A stretch of DNA of 41,425 nucleotides, taken from contig JAEOTC010000257.1 of NCBI GenBank assembly GCA_016840035.1, positions 1 to 41,425 of the forward strand. Reading direction: 5' to 3'. Every line of letters starts with the position of its first letter. The stretch's first letter is position 1. The notes under the pieces are model-generated. The model was not told the origin of the DNA and made no database searches. It was given only the letters and a program-made list of their open reading frames with translations. Position numbers and translations under genes: made by a program. This document shows positions 8,622 to 18,598 of the stretch, piece by piece. The stretch is from Candidatus Hodarchaeota archaeon (GTDB taxonomy: Archaea > Asgardarchaeota > Heimdallarchaeia > Hodarchaeales > Hodarchaeaceae).

Positions 8622-9014
8622 TTAAAGGGGTGCGTCATAATTGAAACAATCTCTAGCAATCTTCCAAGAACCATCTTCTTGTTTTTCGAAGATTGTTGTA
8701 AATTTTCCAATCACTCGTACTGTTTCTCCTTCTTTTGGAGTCATATCAAACCAATAGTTTCCACGAGAGAAACCCCACTCTGGAGTCTCTCTAACTTCTT
8801 CACTCGTAATAACCATTTTTGATACTGGTGGTCCAGCCATTAGGTTTTTCGCGAAGAGCTTGATTTTTTCTTTACCAACATTTATGGGAGCATTTGGTGG
8901 CATTTGTATTCCATCCTCGATCCATAAAGATATCCACCGTTCAATATCACTTGCTTCTACAGCCGCAGCATATTCCTTCCACAATGATTTAATAGAATCC
9001 TTTAAACTTGTCAA
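8622..9014 (-). CDS. NTF2-like (SnoaL/DUF4440, SgcJ/EcaC-like) protein
   Basis: 'SLWIEDGIQMPPNAP..VGKEKI' and 'GKFTTIFEKQEDGSWKIARDCFN'; TTG start with strong GGAGGTGA RBS. Confidence 0.85.
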   Translation of the reverse strand: MTSLKDSIKSLWKEYAAAVEASDIERWISLWIEDGIQMPPNAPINVGKEKIKLFAKNLMAGPPVSKMVITSEEVRETPEWGFSRGNYWFDMTPKEGETVRVIGKFTTIFEKQEDGSWKIARDCFNYDAPL

Positions 9015-9037
9015 CTTCCTTCACCTCCTAATCTATT

Positions 9038-10585
9038 TTATTGATGATGAAATGTTAGAAAGTCTTGTACTTCCTTCAAATATTTCTCGATTTCCACTTG
9101 TCTTATCCTCTCCCTTACAGAAACAGCTGAATCCCATTTCGTAAATTCCTTATCTATCCGTTTAATCTCTAATCCGATATTTTCTTCCAGACGGTAGAGA
9201 TTATTTATATTTGCTATCTGTTTAATATCTTCTAGGATATTTAAGGCTTTTTTAATTTTTCCTTCAATAATTAATAGTTTTGCTTGTAACAATGACAGCT
9301 CGATATATTCAGGGGAAAACTTTTGGTCGTTTGCACTTTGAAGTTCATTATTGATTAATTCCTGGACTTCTTGTAGGATAATATTCTCCTCTGAAAGTTT
9401 AAATTCGTCTAAATACAGCTCTGCAAGATGAAATATAACGAAAAATGAAAAGAATTTGTCCGAGGTGATCCACACATAGGATCCATGCGATTGAAGTTCA
9501 TTATCTTTATCCTGTAATAACTGAAGAAAGAGTTTCTGAGCTTGGGCTTTATCGATCAATCGTGGGCTAGATTTTAGAAATATTGCTTCGGTAGCAAGAC
9601 TGTGCACTTTTACTCGATCACTGCTCTGGCCTTTGGAAAGATCTTTGAACTTCTGGATACATTTTTCTGCTTTTGAGCGGATTCCTATTTCGATATAGAG
9701 TAAAACCAAGGGGATAAGACAATAAGAAGTGATCATAGGATTTCCAATTTCAATAGATGAGTCAAAACTCGTTTCCAAGATGACTCTTGCCTGTTCCAAC
9801 TTTCTTTGCTGATATAACATTAAACCTATGAGTGAATTAACAAGATTAACACCCTGTAAGTCTTTAATCACTTTAAATAGTTCTAATGCTTCAGAAAAGT
9901 GCGTTTGTGCTGTGTCTAAATCCCCTTTTTGTAAATAATAGTTTCCCAACCATGCTTTCACCCAAGCAATCCCCTGTTTAGCATCAATTGATCGGTAGAT
10001 TCTCAAACATCTTTCAAGATTTTTAAAGAAGCTAGTTAACTTGCCCTTCTCTAGTTCTAGAAAAGCCATGTAGTATAAAGACTTAGCTTTCACATATAAA
10101 TTAGTGTGATCTCCTTCAAAACCTTTCTGAAAGTATTGTTTTGCACGCTCGTTTTGAAATTGATAGAAATAGGCTATCCCAAGAAGGAAATGTAAAAACG
10201 CACACCAATGCGAGAGCAGACGAGGATTCTTAGATAAATCGTCTTTATTCTTTTCCACTAAAGCTAACGTAATTTCTCCATTTTTTATCGATTCAGAATT
10301 GTCTCCTTTGGTAATTTGGAAATTGATTCTAGTAGTCTGAGATATCATCTTGGAAATAGAAAAATTTTCGTTTATATCAATATTTATAATTTCTTGAACG
10401 AGTTTCTCTGCTTCATCTATTTTTCCAAGTCGAATTAATGCCCTACTATGGTAAGATAGACAAATAGCTCTTTCAATCTCGTCTATTGGAGTGGATGGCT
10501 TAGTGAATTTTAATTGAGAGATTTCTTCTAAAAGTGATGAATATTTGCCTGTTACATAAAGAATCTCGAATTTCTTTTGATTCAT
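9038..10585 (-). CDS. Tetratricopeptide-repeat (MalT-like helical) protein, Asgard type
   Basis: Repeats such as LGIAYFYQ, LGNYYLQKGDLDTAQTHFSEALEL and IGLMLYQQRKLEQA. Confidence 0.85.
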   Translation of the reverse strand: MNQKKFEILYVTGKYSSLLEEISQLKFTKPSTPIDEIERAICLSYHSRALIRLGKIDEAEKLVQEIINIDINENFSISKMISQTTRINFQITKGDNSESIKNGEITLALVEKNKDDLSKNPRLLSHWCAFLHFLLGIAYFYQFQNERAKQYFQKGFEGDHTNLYVKAKSLYYMAFLELEKGKLTSFFKNLERCLRIYRSIDAKQGIAWVKAWLGNYYLQKGDLDTAQTHFSEALELFKVIKDLQGVNLVNSLIGLMLYQQRKLEQARVILETSFDSSIEIGNPMITSYCLIPLVLLYIEIGIRSKAEKCIQKFKDLSKGQSSDRVKVHSLATEAIFLKSSPRLIDKAQAQKLFLQLLQDKDNELQSHGSYVWITSDKFFSFFVIFHLAELYLDEFKLSEENIILQEVQELINNELQSANDQKFSPEYIELSLLQAKLLIIEGKIKKALNILEDIKQIANINNLYRLEENIGLEIKRIDKEFTKWDSAVSVRERIRQVEIEKYLKEVQDFLTFHHQ

Positions 10586-10725
10586 TTCCAATCCGGGTTG
10601 AAATTTTTCAGATCGATTTAGATACTTCTTAGGTAAATCTCCTATCGGATTGGTTTTTGTTTTTATAAGTTTTTCACTCCTAACTCAACAAAAAGATAAG
10701 AGGAGACATTGAGCACCAGATTGAG

Positions 10726-11403
10726 TTGAATTTGACCTTAAATACCTCCCAAAAGAACGAAATCATTGATAAAATACAACGTGCATGTATTTTAGCTATC
10801 TTCGGATTTTTATTATATTATGGATCAATTCTGGTTGCAGCACTGCTTTATCCTGGTGGATATAATTTTTATACAAATTATTTTAGTGATTTGGGTAGAA
10901 CTGTAACACCAGAAGGAAATGATAATATTTTTTCAGTAATTTTCTTTGTTTCAGGAACTACTGTAACAGGTTTACTATTTATTCCATTTTGGACAAGGTA
11001 TTATACGATTTTTAGTTCTTCGACATTCTCACGCAAGGTTGCAAGGTTGGGATCAGCATTCGGAGTATTTGTAATCCCTAGCTTATTCGGAATAGCTTTA
11101 ATCCCAATTAATATATGGCTTGATCTTCATGCAATTTTTTCCTTTGCTTATTATTTAACAATCTCATTATCTTTACTTTGTTACTCACTTTCAATCATTC
11201 TAGATCCTTTTTATCCAAGTAAAAGCGGGTATATGGGTGTTTTGATTGTACTTTTTGAATTACTGTTCATAATTGGGATTTTCTCAGAAATTGAACCTTT
11301 CATTCAAAAATTAACGTCACTGTGCTTTTTTTGTTGGTTTGTGGTTCAGTATGTTATTCTTAGTCGGGGTTTGAATTCTTCTGACAACGTAATTACAAGT
11401 TAA
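10726..11403 (+). CDS. DUF998-like integral membrane protein
   Basis: 'LYPGGYNFYTNYFSDLG' motif, a conserved His (LHAIFS) and about six TM segments. Confidence 0.75.
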   Translation: MNLTLNTSQKNEIIDKIQRACILAIFGFLLYYGSILVAALLYPGGYNFYTNYFSDLGRTVTPEGNDNIFSVIFFVSGTTVTGLLFIPFWTRYYTIFSSSTFSRKVARLGSAFGVFVIPSLFGIALIPINIWLDLHAIFSFAYYLTISLSLLCYSLSIILDPFYPSKSGYMGVLIVLFELLFIIGIFSEIEPFIQKLTSLCFFCWFVVQYVILSRGLNSSDNVITS

Positions 11404-11530
11404 ATTTTATCTGATACATTAAAAATTAATAAACCTGCGAAAAGCTTTGTGCCTTAGTCATTAAAAGTGTCTTTCTCAAAGCAGACATTTTAAATCTTTA
11501 TTAAATACAGTTTATTAGGAGAAACTAGGT

Positions 11531-14458
11531 ATGGCTCGATTCCCTTTTTTTATGTTGTCCATTAGGAACATTAAAAGATCCAAGATGCGATCATATATGC
11601 TGTTGGCAGGTGTAGCACTTACAGTGTCACTTCAAATCGGTATTGCGATTTCTGTCGATTCCTTAAAGGAGGATTTTATCCAAACAAATCGGGTTCACAA
11701 TTTCACAGATATTACTCTGTATGGAAGAGACAATGTGACACTTGATGATATCAATGCTATTCTTCCAACAGTTAGAGACGATTTTAAAGTTGAGGGAGTT
11801 TCTCCTACAGTGAGTTTAAACTTATCTACTTTGATTAATCTACCCGATGATTTTGGAGCTACCTATTTATTTGGAATAACTACCGAACATCCGGATTTTT
11901 CACGATTTGATCGATTAGATGGAGAGCGATCATTAAAGAATAATGAAATCATTGTTTCTGAAGAAATTGCTAGGTTATATCAACTTGAACCTGAAGATGA
12001 ATTCACATTCAACGAAAGAATTTCCAATACTCTCCCAGGTGGAAATTTTACAGGTGGTACCTTCATTATCTCTGGAATTATTGAGGATGACTATCCTTTT
12101 GGAAATAGACCAGGTTCCCACATTGTTGTCGAATTAGATCATCTTCTATCACTTTTTTCTGATACCTCATCTCTTGAGCTATTTGTCTCAATGATGGTTC
12201 CAGATCTTTTAAACTTAAATGATATTGCCAATGATCTAACTGATGCATTTCCTGAGTACATTATCATTCGAGAAAAAAATATTGATCAGCTTAAGGCAAC
12301 GGGTCTTCAAACCTATTCCACTGCAATGACTGTTCTAATTATTGCTTCGTATGCAATCGAATTTCTTTTCATAACCAACATCTTTGGTTTTAGCATGAAA
12401 GAAAGATCACGAGAATTCGGAATTCTCAGATCTATTGGAACAGCCAAAAGACAAGTAACTTTACTTATCCTTACTGAAGCATTTCTAATTGGAGTCGGTG
12501 GCAGTGTTATTGGAGGAATCGCTGGAATAGGGTTCGCGACCTTCCTGTTAATGGTGTTTAGGTACACTCTGGGTGTTTCAAGCTTATCCGCAATGGTGAT
12601 TTCACCGACGACCTTTAGTTTTTCTATTCTCACAGGAATTAGTGTAACGATCTTGTCTGGTATGTGGCCTTTATGGATTGCCATGAGTATGCCAATAGTA
12701 CAAACCATTCACAGTGCTCGAATCTTCAAAAAGTCGAGAAGACGAATATTTACTTGGAAAACTGCTCTTATTGGAGGGTTATTAGCAATCATTGCTGGAA
12801 TGATTACTATGAACGTTGTTGAAGAATCCAGCTTTCTAGGTTTTGAATTGGGTTCGACGCAAGTGTTTGTTATTGGTGCAATTTTCCTCGGGACTCTTGC
12901 CGTTGAAGGTGCACTTGTTTCTTTTATACCAAAAATTGCATTAAACATCTTAGTTCGAACGACAAAAGCTCCTATGCTTCTTGCTACTAAGGATATTCAA
13001 CGAGATATGCAAAAAGCCTTGATTACTATTTTTACAGCAGCCCTCTCATTAAGTTTAATTCTAATTGTTAGTATGGTAAGTAGTGGTTTATTTGACGCTG
13101 TTCCAGCGTTTTATGAAGACAGTTTTGGTGATAATTTGAATATTGTAATCGAAACCTGGGATCATTTGGAATTCCCCAATAACTTCACTGAAACACTCAA
13201 AGAAGATTTGGATTGGATTCAACAAACCAATTTCATACAGGAACAACGAGCATCGTTCGAAAAAGGGGGAAATTTACATTATTTCGGAGTAGATAGATCG
13301 ACTATAGGTTACTTTGTTGATGAATTTATAACTGAACCTGTCGATACTCCAATTTCTACACTCTTAGATAATTCTTCTCTAAAAATAGTTGTAACTGATG
13401 CGATTGTGGCAAAGTTCAATTTGCTTCTGAATGATGAGGTCTTAATTCGTGCTGCAAATGGAACTGATTTTTCAGCGCTAGTAAGCGGGATTGTCCATGG
13501 TAATCCTTTCATTAGAAATGGAGAGTATGTCTTTATCGACACAGTACTGTTTCAAGATCTCTGGGGTAAGAACACTTCAAAGTGGTATTGGGGAGATTAC
13601 GATCAATCATTCCCGAAAGTAAGTGTAGTTAGGGATATTGAAGCATTTTATCCTAATCTTAAATCAGTGATGACGATTTTCGATTATCATACGATGATTG
13701 AAGCGAGCTTAGGAGTACAAGGATCCTTTATTCAATTAATTTTCATTCACTCATTCATACTCTCTGGATTAACCCAATTTATTGCAATTTTAGTTTCAAC
13801 TATTAGGATGGAGCGTGATGTTGCGATAACACGCTCAATAGGAATGTCTAAAAGAAGAGTTTTCTTTGTCTTTCTTATTGAAGCTAGTATTTTGGGATTC
13901 ACAGGAGTATTTCTAGGGATATTCAACTCCTTTTTAGGGGCAGAGCTCATTTCTTGGTATATTGGACAGAGTATTCCGGTAGATGTATCTATCAATTCTC
14001 TAGTTGATACAGCAATGTTTATACTATGGGTTGGTCTAGCTAGCTTGGTCACGTTAGGAAGTACATGGATACCTGCTAGACGTGCTTCTCAAACAAATAT
14101 TATCGCAGCCATTTCTGGCCGTAAGGAATTAGCGACTGCGAGAAGTTATTTTAAACCAGCAGAATTTGATATTGATTCTGTTATTGAAAAAATGCACACC
14201 ACCCCAGAATACTACAAGGAACATCAGACACAGCAAACTAAAATTCTTGATAGTGTTTCAACAGATGAGATAGAAAAACTAAAGGAACAAATATCTAGTC
14301 TTATTCAAAATGTCGATATAAGTAATCCAGAGTATCAAAAATGGAAATCACTATATGAATCACAGTCAAATAGGTTTTCATCTGGAGAAATCGATGTACA
14401 ACGATACACAGTGAGTCTTCGTAGATATCTTGACTTCTTGAAGAAGAATTCAAATTAA
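11531..14458 (+). CDS. FtsX/MacB-like ABC transporter permease (duplicated)
   Basis: Two permease units (ERSREFGILRSIG...EA and RMERDVAITRSIG...EA), each preceded by a large extracytoplasmic loop. Confidence 0.92.
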   Translation: MARFPFFMLSIRNIKRSKMRSYMLLAGVALTVSLQIGIAISVDSLKEDFIQTNRVHNFTDITLYGRDNVTLDDINAILPTVRDDFKVEGVSPTVSLNLSTLINLPDDFGATYLFGITTEHPDFSRFDRLDGERSLKNNEIIVSEEIARLYQLEPEDEFTFNERISNTLPGGNFTGGTFIISGIIEDDYPFGNRPGSHIVVELDHLLSLFSDTSSLELFVSMMVPDLLNLNDIANDLTDAFPEYIIIREKNIDQLKATGLQTYSTAMTVLIIASYAIEFLFITNIFGFSMKERSREFGILRSIGTAKRQVTLLILTEAFLIGVGGSVIGGIAGIGFATFLLMVFRYTLGVSSLSAMVISPTTFSFSILTGISVTILSGMWPLWIAMSMPIVQTIHSARIFKKSRRRIFTWKTALIGGLLAIIAGMITMNVVEESSFLGFELGSTQVFVIGAIFLGTLAVEGALVSFIPKIALNILVRTTKAPMLLATKDIQRDMQKALITIFTAALSLSLILIVSMVSSGLFDAVPAFYEDSFGDNLNIVIETWDHLEFPNNFTETLKEDLDWIQQTNFIQEQRASFEKGGNLHYFGVDRSTIGYFVDEFITEPVDTPISTLLDNSSLKIVVTDAIVAKFNLLLNDEVLIRAANGTDFSALVSGIVHGNPFIRNGEYVFIDTVLFQDLWGKNTSKWYWGDYDQSFPKVSVVRDIEAFYPNLKSVMTIFDYHTMIEASLGVQGSFIQLIFIHSFILSGLTQFIAILVSTIRMERDVAITRSIGMSKRRVFFVFLIEASILGFTGVFLGIFNSFLGAELISWYIGQSIPVDVSINSLVDTAMFILWVGLASLVTLGSTWIPARRASQTNIIAAISGRKELATARSYFKPAEFDIDSVIEKMHTTPEYYKEHQTQQTKILDSVSTDEIEKLKEQISSLIQNVDISNPEYQKWKSLYESQSNRFSSGEIDVQRYTVSLRRYLDFLKKNSN

Positions 14459-14583
14459 TTCCATTAAAATCGATTTCTTCTTCCTTCTCTTTTATTTCTA
14501 GTTATTAAAAGAAATCTCTAGAGTTGTTATTATGTATAAAAGTGAATTTCAGATAGATATTTTGTCTTAGGTTGAAAAAAGGA

Positions 14584-15150
14584 CTAAATTGTGTGATCCA
14601 TCCCTTTTTTTTTCCAGATCCTGAGGTATTTCTCTTTAATTGCCTTCCAAATTGAAATTTTCTTGACAGTTGGAAGGGTTTTCATTGCACAGGCATCACC
14701 TAATGGACAAGTATCAGCCCACCCACCCTTGGTGTGAAATAGAGGTGCAAGAACTTTTGCAACAAGAGATTCTCCGAATTCCTCCCCAAATCGAGTATCA
14801 ATTATTGCCCAGTTTGTATCAGCATAATCAGTTCGAATAAAGGTCTCAATTCCATCAAAAATATCTCGAGCTATTGATGGCGAGTCCTCTGAAAGGCCTA
14901 GTACCACATTATGACCCGAAGGTAGGACTTTACTAAACCGCATTACAGTTGGACCAATCTTCATCGCTTCAAGAGAGGATTCAGTATCTGATCCATTAGG
15001 AGTTAGCTGGGTACTAAATGTTTGTAACGCGGTCAAAAATCCACTTAATAGCATAGGATCTTTTACATTTAGAGAACAGAAGCCTTTAAAGCATTTACTA
15101 AAAATAGGAAGGCCAGATGCTTGATAAATCATAAGATACTCTAAATTCAT
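14584..15150 (-). CDS. Longin-like domain protein (eukaryotic signature protein-like)
   Basis: 'YLMIYQASGLPIFSK...DPMLLSGFLTALQTFSTQL...LEAMKIG' fits the beta-beta-alpha-beta-beta-beta-alpha-alpha pattern of Asgard longin-like proteins. Confidence 0.7.
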   Translation of the reverse strand: MNLEYLMIYQASGLPIFSKCFKGFCSLNVKDPMLLSGFLTALQTFSTQLTPNGSDTESSLEAMKIGPTVMRFSKVLPSGHNVVLGLSEDSPSIARDIFDGIETFIRTDYADTNWAIIDTRFGEEFGESLVAKVLAPLFHTKGGWADTCPLGDACAMKTLPTVKKISIWKAIKEKYLRIWKKKGMDHTI

Positions 15151-15239
15151 TGCTATCTCTCAGGATTTTTGTTAACAAAGGTTATTTAAAGATTATTCAT
15201 AGAGATTTTCCGCAACTCTCTCCTAAAAGGGATAATTTT

Positions 15240-16100
15240 ATGGTTTCAGTCGGGATTATATCAGATATTCATTCCAACTTCTTTGCACTTGAAATCGTAT
15301 TAGACTTTCTTACCGATAAAATAGATTCACTAATTTGTGCTGGTGATTTTGTTGGTTATGGATTCCAACCAACTGAATGTCTTGAATCTCTCATTGATTA
15401 TTCTCTTCCAACCTACTATTGTCTAGGCAATCATGATATAGGAGTAAGATATGAGTATTGTAAATTATCAGAGAAAAACTCTTGCGATAAAGACTTACAA
15501 TTCTTTACATTGGATGAAGTTAGACCTGCAGCGAGACAAATGTTTGAAAACAATGCAGAGGTCATTTCAGAAGAACATTACAACTTTTTAGAACAGCTTC
15601 CCGTTTTCAATCAGTTTCAAATCGGACAGAAACTCATTCATCTAACTCATGGAACGCCTTCAAAGATTGAGAAAGATAAAGTAACCAGATATCTTCCAGC
15701 CCCCCCTATCCAACCCTTACGACAAACGATAGATCGGGCACAACAGTATTCTGGAACAAAGAATGTCGATATAATTATTGTAGGTCATACTCATCAGCGA
15801 TTTTTCATTAATCGGGATCGTATTCAAGGATGGTCTCATCTAGGTGATCGCTACAATAATATCATGGTTAAATATCCTAAGGAGTTTAATTTTCCAAGGG
15901 ATAAAATCATTCTAAATCCTGGTGCAATAGGACAACCTCGTGATGGTGATCCTGGAGCATCTTTCGTGATTCTTGACTTAGATGCCAATAATGTGCGTTT
16001 TTATTCTCTCGAATACTCTAGAAAAGAACTCTATAAGATAGCGAAAAGGAAATGCCCCTCCTCTATTCAAGATTCGACATTTTGGGAAATACGATTTTAG
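15240..16100 (+). CDS. Calcineurin-like metallophosphoesterase (YfcE/MJ0912-like)
   Basis: SDIHSN, GDFVGYG, GNHD, HG, GHTH and NPGAIGQPRDGD motifs. ATG 15240 preferred to TTG 15150. Confidence 0.92.
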   Translation: MVSVGIISDIHSNFFALEIVLDFLTDKIDSLICAGDFVGYGFQPTECLESLIDYSLPTYYCLGNHDIGVRYEYCKLSEKNSCDKDLQFFTLDEVRPAARQMFENNAEVISEEHYNFLEQLPVFNQFQIGQKLIHLTHGTPSKIEKDKVTRYLPAPPIQPLRQTIDRAQQYSGTKNVDIIIVGHTHQRFFINRDRIQGWSHLGDRYNNIMVKYPKEFNFPRDKIILNPGAIGQPRDGDPGASFVILDLDANNVRFYSLEYSRKELYKIAKRKCPSSIQDSTFWEIRF

Positions 16101-17644
16101 TCGAAGAGTGCTATTATCTTCTTTGCCCCCTTTACATATTCTACAATGCGAGCATATTCAAATCGTTCGTCAAGAGGAGCATTTCTTTGAATCAATGCAA
16201 CCCATTTCTCTTTCTCCTCCTCAAATCTAGTAATTTCTTCCTCTAATTTATGAATCAGAGAATCTAAATTATTGATTTTAGCAATAGAATTTGCTTTTTG
16301 TAATAGGTTTAATGATTTTTGAAGTTTCCCGTTTAAAATAGCAAACCGCGATTGAAGAATGTAGATTTCCACTAGTAATAAATGTGAATGATATTCGATA
16401 GCAATACTCTGCAGACGAGTAATATATTTATCAATACGGGAGATAGTTTCAAATTCATCTTTACTGATCTCTTGTGATAAGATATCACATAGGTGAATCA
16501 ATGTAGTTATTGTTAATTCGTGACAAGAAGTTTCTTCATTAACTATATCAGTTAATATTTCTTTTGACCTAGCTATATCCTCTGGGGTCTTTTTTTTCTT
16601 GAGGATAAGAGCTTCAGCTATAGCTGCTCGATGTGTGATCACGCGATTTATGGGATTGTCTTTTCCCAGTTGAATTAGCGATGAAAGATGACTTTGTGCT
16701 TCTTTGATTAATTTTAAATCAAGTAAAACTACAATTAAATTGAAAATAGTCTCCGCACGGTCAACATCGTTATCTACAGATTCATTAATTACTGTTAGAG
16801 CTTTCTCAAGGTTTTCCCGTGCTAAATGATAATTTCCTTTAGCTTGATAGATCAAACCATGATTATGGTAAGAATGAGCTAAATCCTGAGAATTTCCAAG
16901 AATTCGGAATTGCTCAAAGCTAGATTGATAATATTGTAGTGCATTATTTAATTCTCCCTTGAATCTATAGATCTCTCCGATATTGTTCAGATTCTTCGCG
17001 ATATATTGTCGATCCCCCAGATTTTTATTGATATCCAGACTTTTCAGGTAATGATTGAGAGCTTTGGTATAGTTACCTTTTTGAAAGTAAATTATCCCAA
17101 GAATGTTGTGAGAATAGGCAGTATCTTGTAAGAGTGCATTTGTTTCTTGAAGAACAAGACTTTGCGCACCATAATATATTGCATCATCTAGATCACCAGT
17201 ACTACGATGAATAACTGCAGATCGATAGAGTAGGGCTGCAATTCTAATAATCTTTTCAGATGGTACTAAATCTAGAGAATTTAACATCTTCTCAGTAGTT
17301 TCAACCAAAATAAGTGCTTCGTTTGACTTACCAAGCCGATAAGTCGCCTCTATTTTACATAAAAGAAGGTCAATAGTCTGTATACTCTTGCCATACTCCT
17401 TTGAAAGCTTATCAATTTCTTCTACCGCTTTTTTATACTCCCCTTGTCTCACGTAGAGTAGATTGGTAAGTAAATCTAGTTTAAATTTGGAATCCAAGGA
17501 TAAAGAATTTTTGGAGTGCTCTACTTTGAGGATATCTAGAGCTTCAGTAAATCTACCATTTAACATAAGCTCTTTTGCCTCTGTCAGAAAATTCAGATCA
17601 TTATCTGTCAAACTAATCGAGCAACTCCAGAATATATTCAACAC
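16097..17644 (-). CDS. Tetratricopeptide-repeat protein, Asgard type
   Basis: Canonical TPRs (HNILGIIYFQKGNYTKALNHY; LNNIGEIYRFKGELNNALQYY). The true start may be near 17617-17611 after GGAG. Confidence 0.9.
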   Translation of the reverse strand: MLNIFWSCSISLTDNDLNFLTEAKELMLNGRFTEALDILKVEHSKNSLSLDSKFKLDLLTNLLYVRQGEYKKAVEEIDKLSKEYGKSIQTIDLLLCKIEATYRLGKSNEALILVETTEKMLNSLDLVPSEKIIRIAALLYRSAVIHRSTGDLDDAIYYGAQSLVLQETNALLQDTAYSHNILGIIYFQKGNYTKALNHYLKSLDINKNLGDRQYIAKNLNNIGEIYRFKGELNNALQYYQSSFEQFRILGNSQDLAHSYHNHGLIYQAKGNYHLARENLEKALTVINESVDNDVDRAETIFNLIVVLLDLKLIKEAQSHLSSLIQLGKDNPINRVITHRAAIAEALILKKKKTPEDIARSKEILTDIVNEETSCHELTITTLIHLCDILSQEISKDEFETISRIDKYITRLQSIAIEYHSHLLLVEIYILQSRFAILNGKLQKSLNLLQKANSIAKINNLDSLIHKLEEEITRFEEEKEKWVALIQRNAPLDERFEYARIVEYVKGAKKIIALFD

Positions 17645-17680
17645 AACATATTTTTTCTTTTATTTCTTGCGGTAAAGACA

Positions 17681-18451
17681 TCATTTAAACGATAGTTTAA
17701 GTCCAACAGGACAATGATCTGACCCATAAACCTCGGGGAGAATAAAAGCATCTTTAACATTCGATATTAGGTCTTCAGTAATTATAAAGTAATCGATACG
17801 CCATCCAATGTTTCTTTCTCGTGCATTTGAACGATAAGTCCACCATGAGTAGTGTTCAGGATCTTGATTAAACATCCGAAAAGTATCCAAATAACCATGA
17901 TCAAGAAACTCAGTAAAAAATGCTCTCTCAGTCGGAGAAAAACCTGCGTTTTTTTGATTAGACTTAGGATTTTTCAGGTCAATTTCTTTATGAGCAACAT
18001 TGAAATCACCACAGAGAATAACAGGTTTCTTTTGTTTCAACTTTTCAGTGTATTTTAAGAGCGTTTGGTTAAACTCCTCTTTGTAGCTAATTCGTTTTAA
18101 CCCTCTTTGGGCGTTAGGAAAATATAAGTTAATCAGAAAGAATTTCTCAAGTTCCAATTGAAGAAATCTCCCCTCAGTATCGAGAATAGATTGGTTGCTT
18201 TTACTCACTACTGATAAAGGTTTATGTCTGGTTAAGGTTAAAACACCACTATACCCCTTCTTTTCGGCAGAATTCCAGAAAGCATTATATTCAGGTAAAT
18301 CAATCGCTAAGGATAACTGATCAGGTTGAGCTTTTGTTTCTTGAATGCATAAAAAATCTGGATTCCGTTGTCTTATCCATTTAAAGAATTCTCCTTTCGC
18401 TATACATGCCCGAATTCCATTTACGTTCCAAGACAGTAATTCTAAATCCAT
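17681..18451 (-). CDS. xth: Exodeoxyribonuclease III / AP endonuclease
   Basis: SWNVNGIRA, CIQETK, GYSGV, CGDFNVAH, GWRIDYF and GSDHCPV. Confidence 0.96.
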   Translation of the reverse strand: MDLELLSWNVNGIRACIAKGEFFKWIRQRNPDFLCIQETKAQPDQLSLAIDLPEYNAFWNSAEKKGYSGVLTLTRHKPLSVVSKSNQSILDTEGRFLQLELEKFFLINLYFPNAQRGLKRISYKEEFNQTLLKYTEKLKQKKPVILCGDFNVAHKEIDLKNPKSNQKNAGFSPTERAFFTEFLDHGYLDTFRMFNQDPEHYSWWTYRSNARERNIGWRIDYFIITEDLISNVKDAFILPEVYGSDHCPVGLKLSFK

Positions 18452-18598
18452 TGAACACACCATTGACTGTATCTAAGACAAATTTTGAGTAATTAAGTTG
18501 TTTTGCTCCACAGGAGAACCAAGGAAAAAATTTCTATAAACAAGTCGATAGATAAAAATAGACCATACTATCCTACTGAAGTAAGTGTTGAAGTGAAA

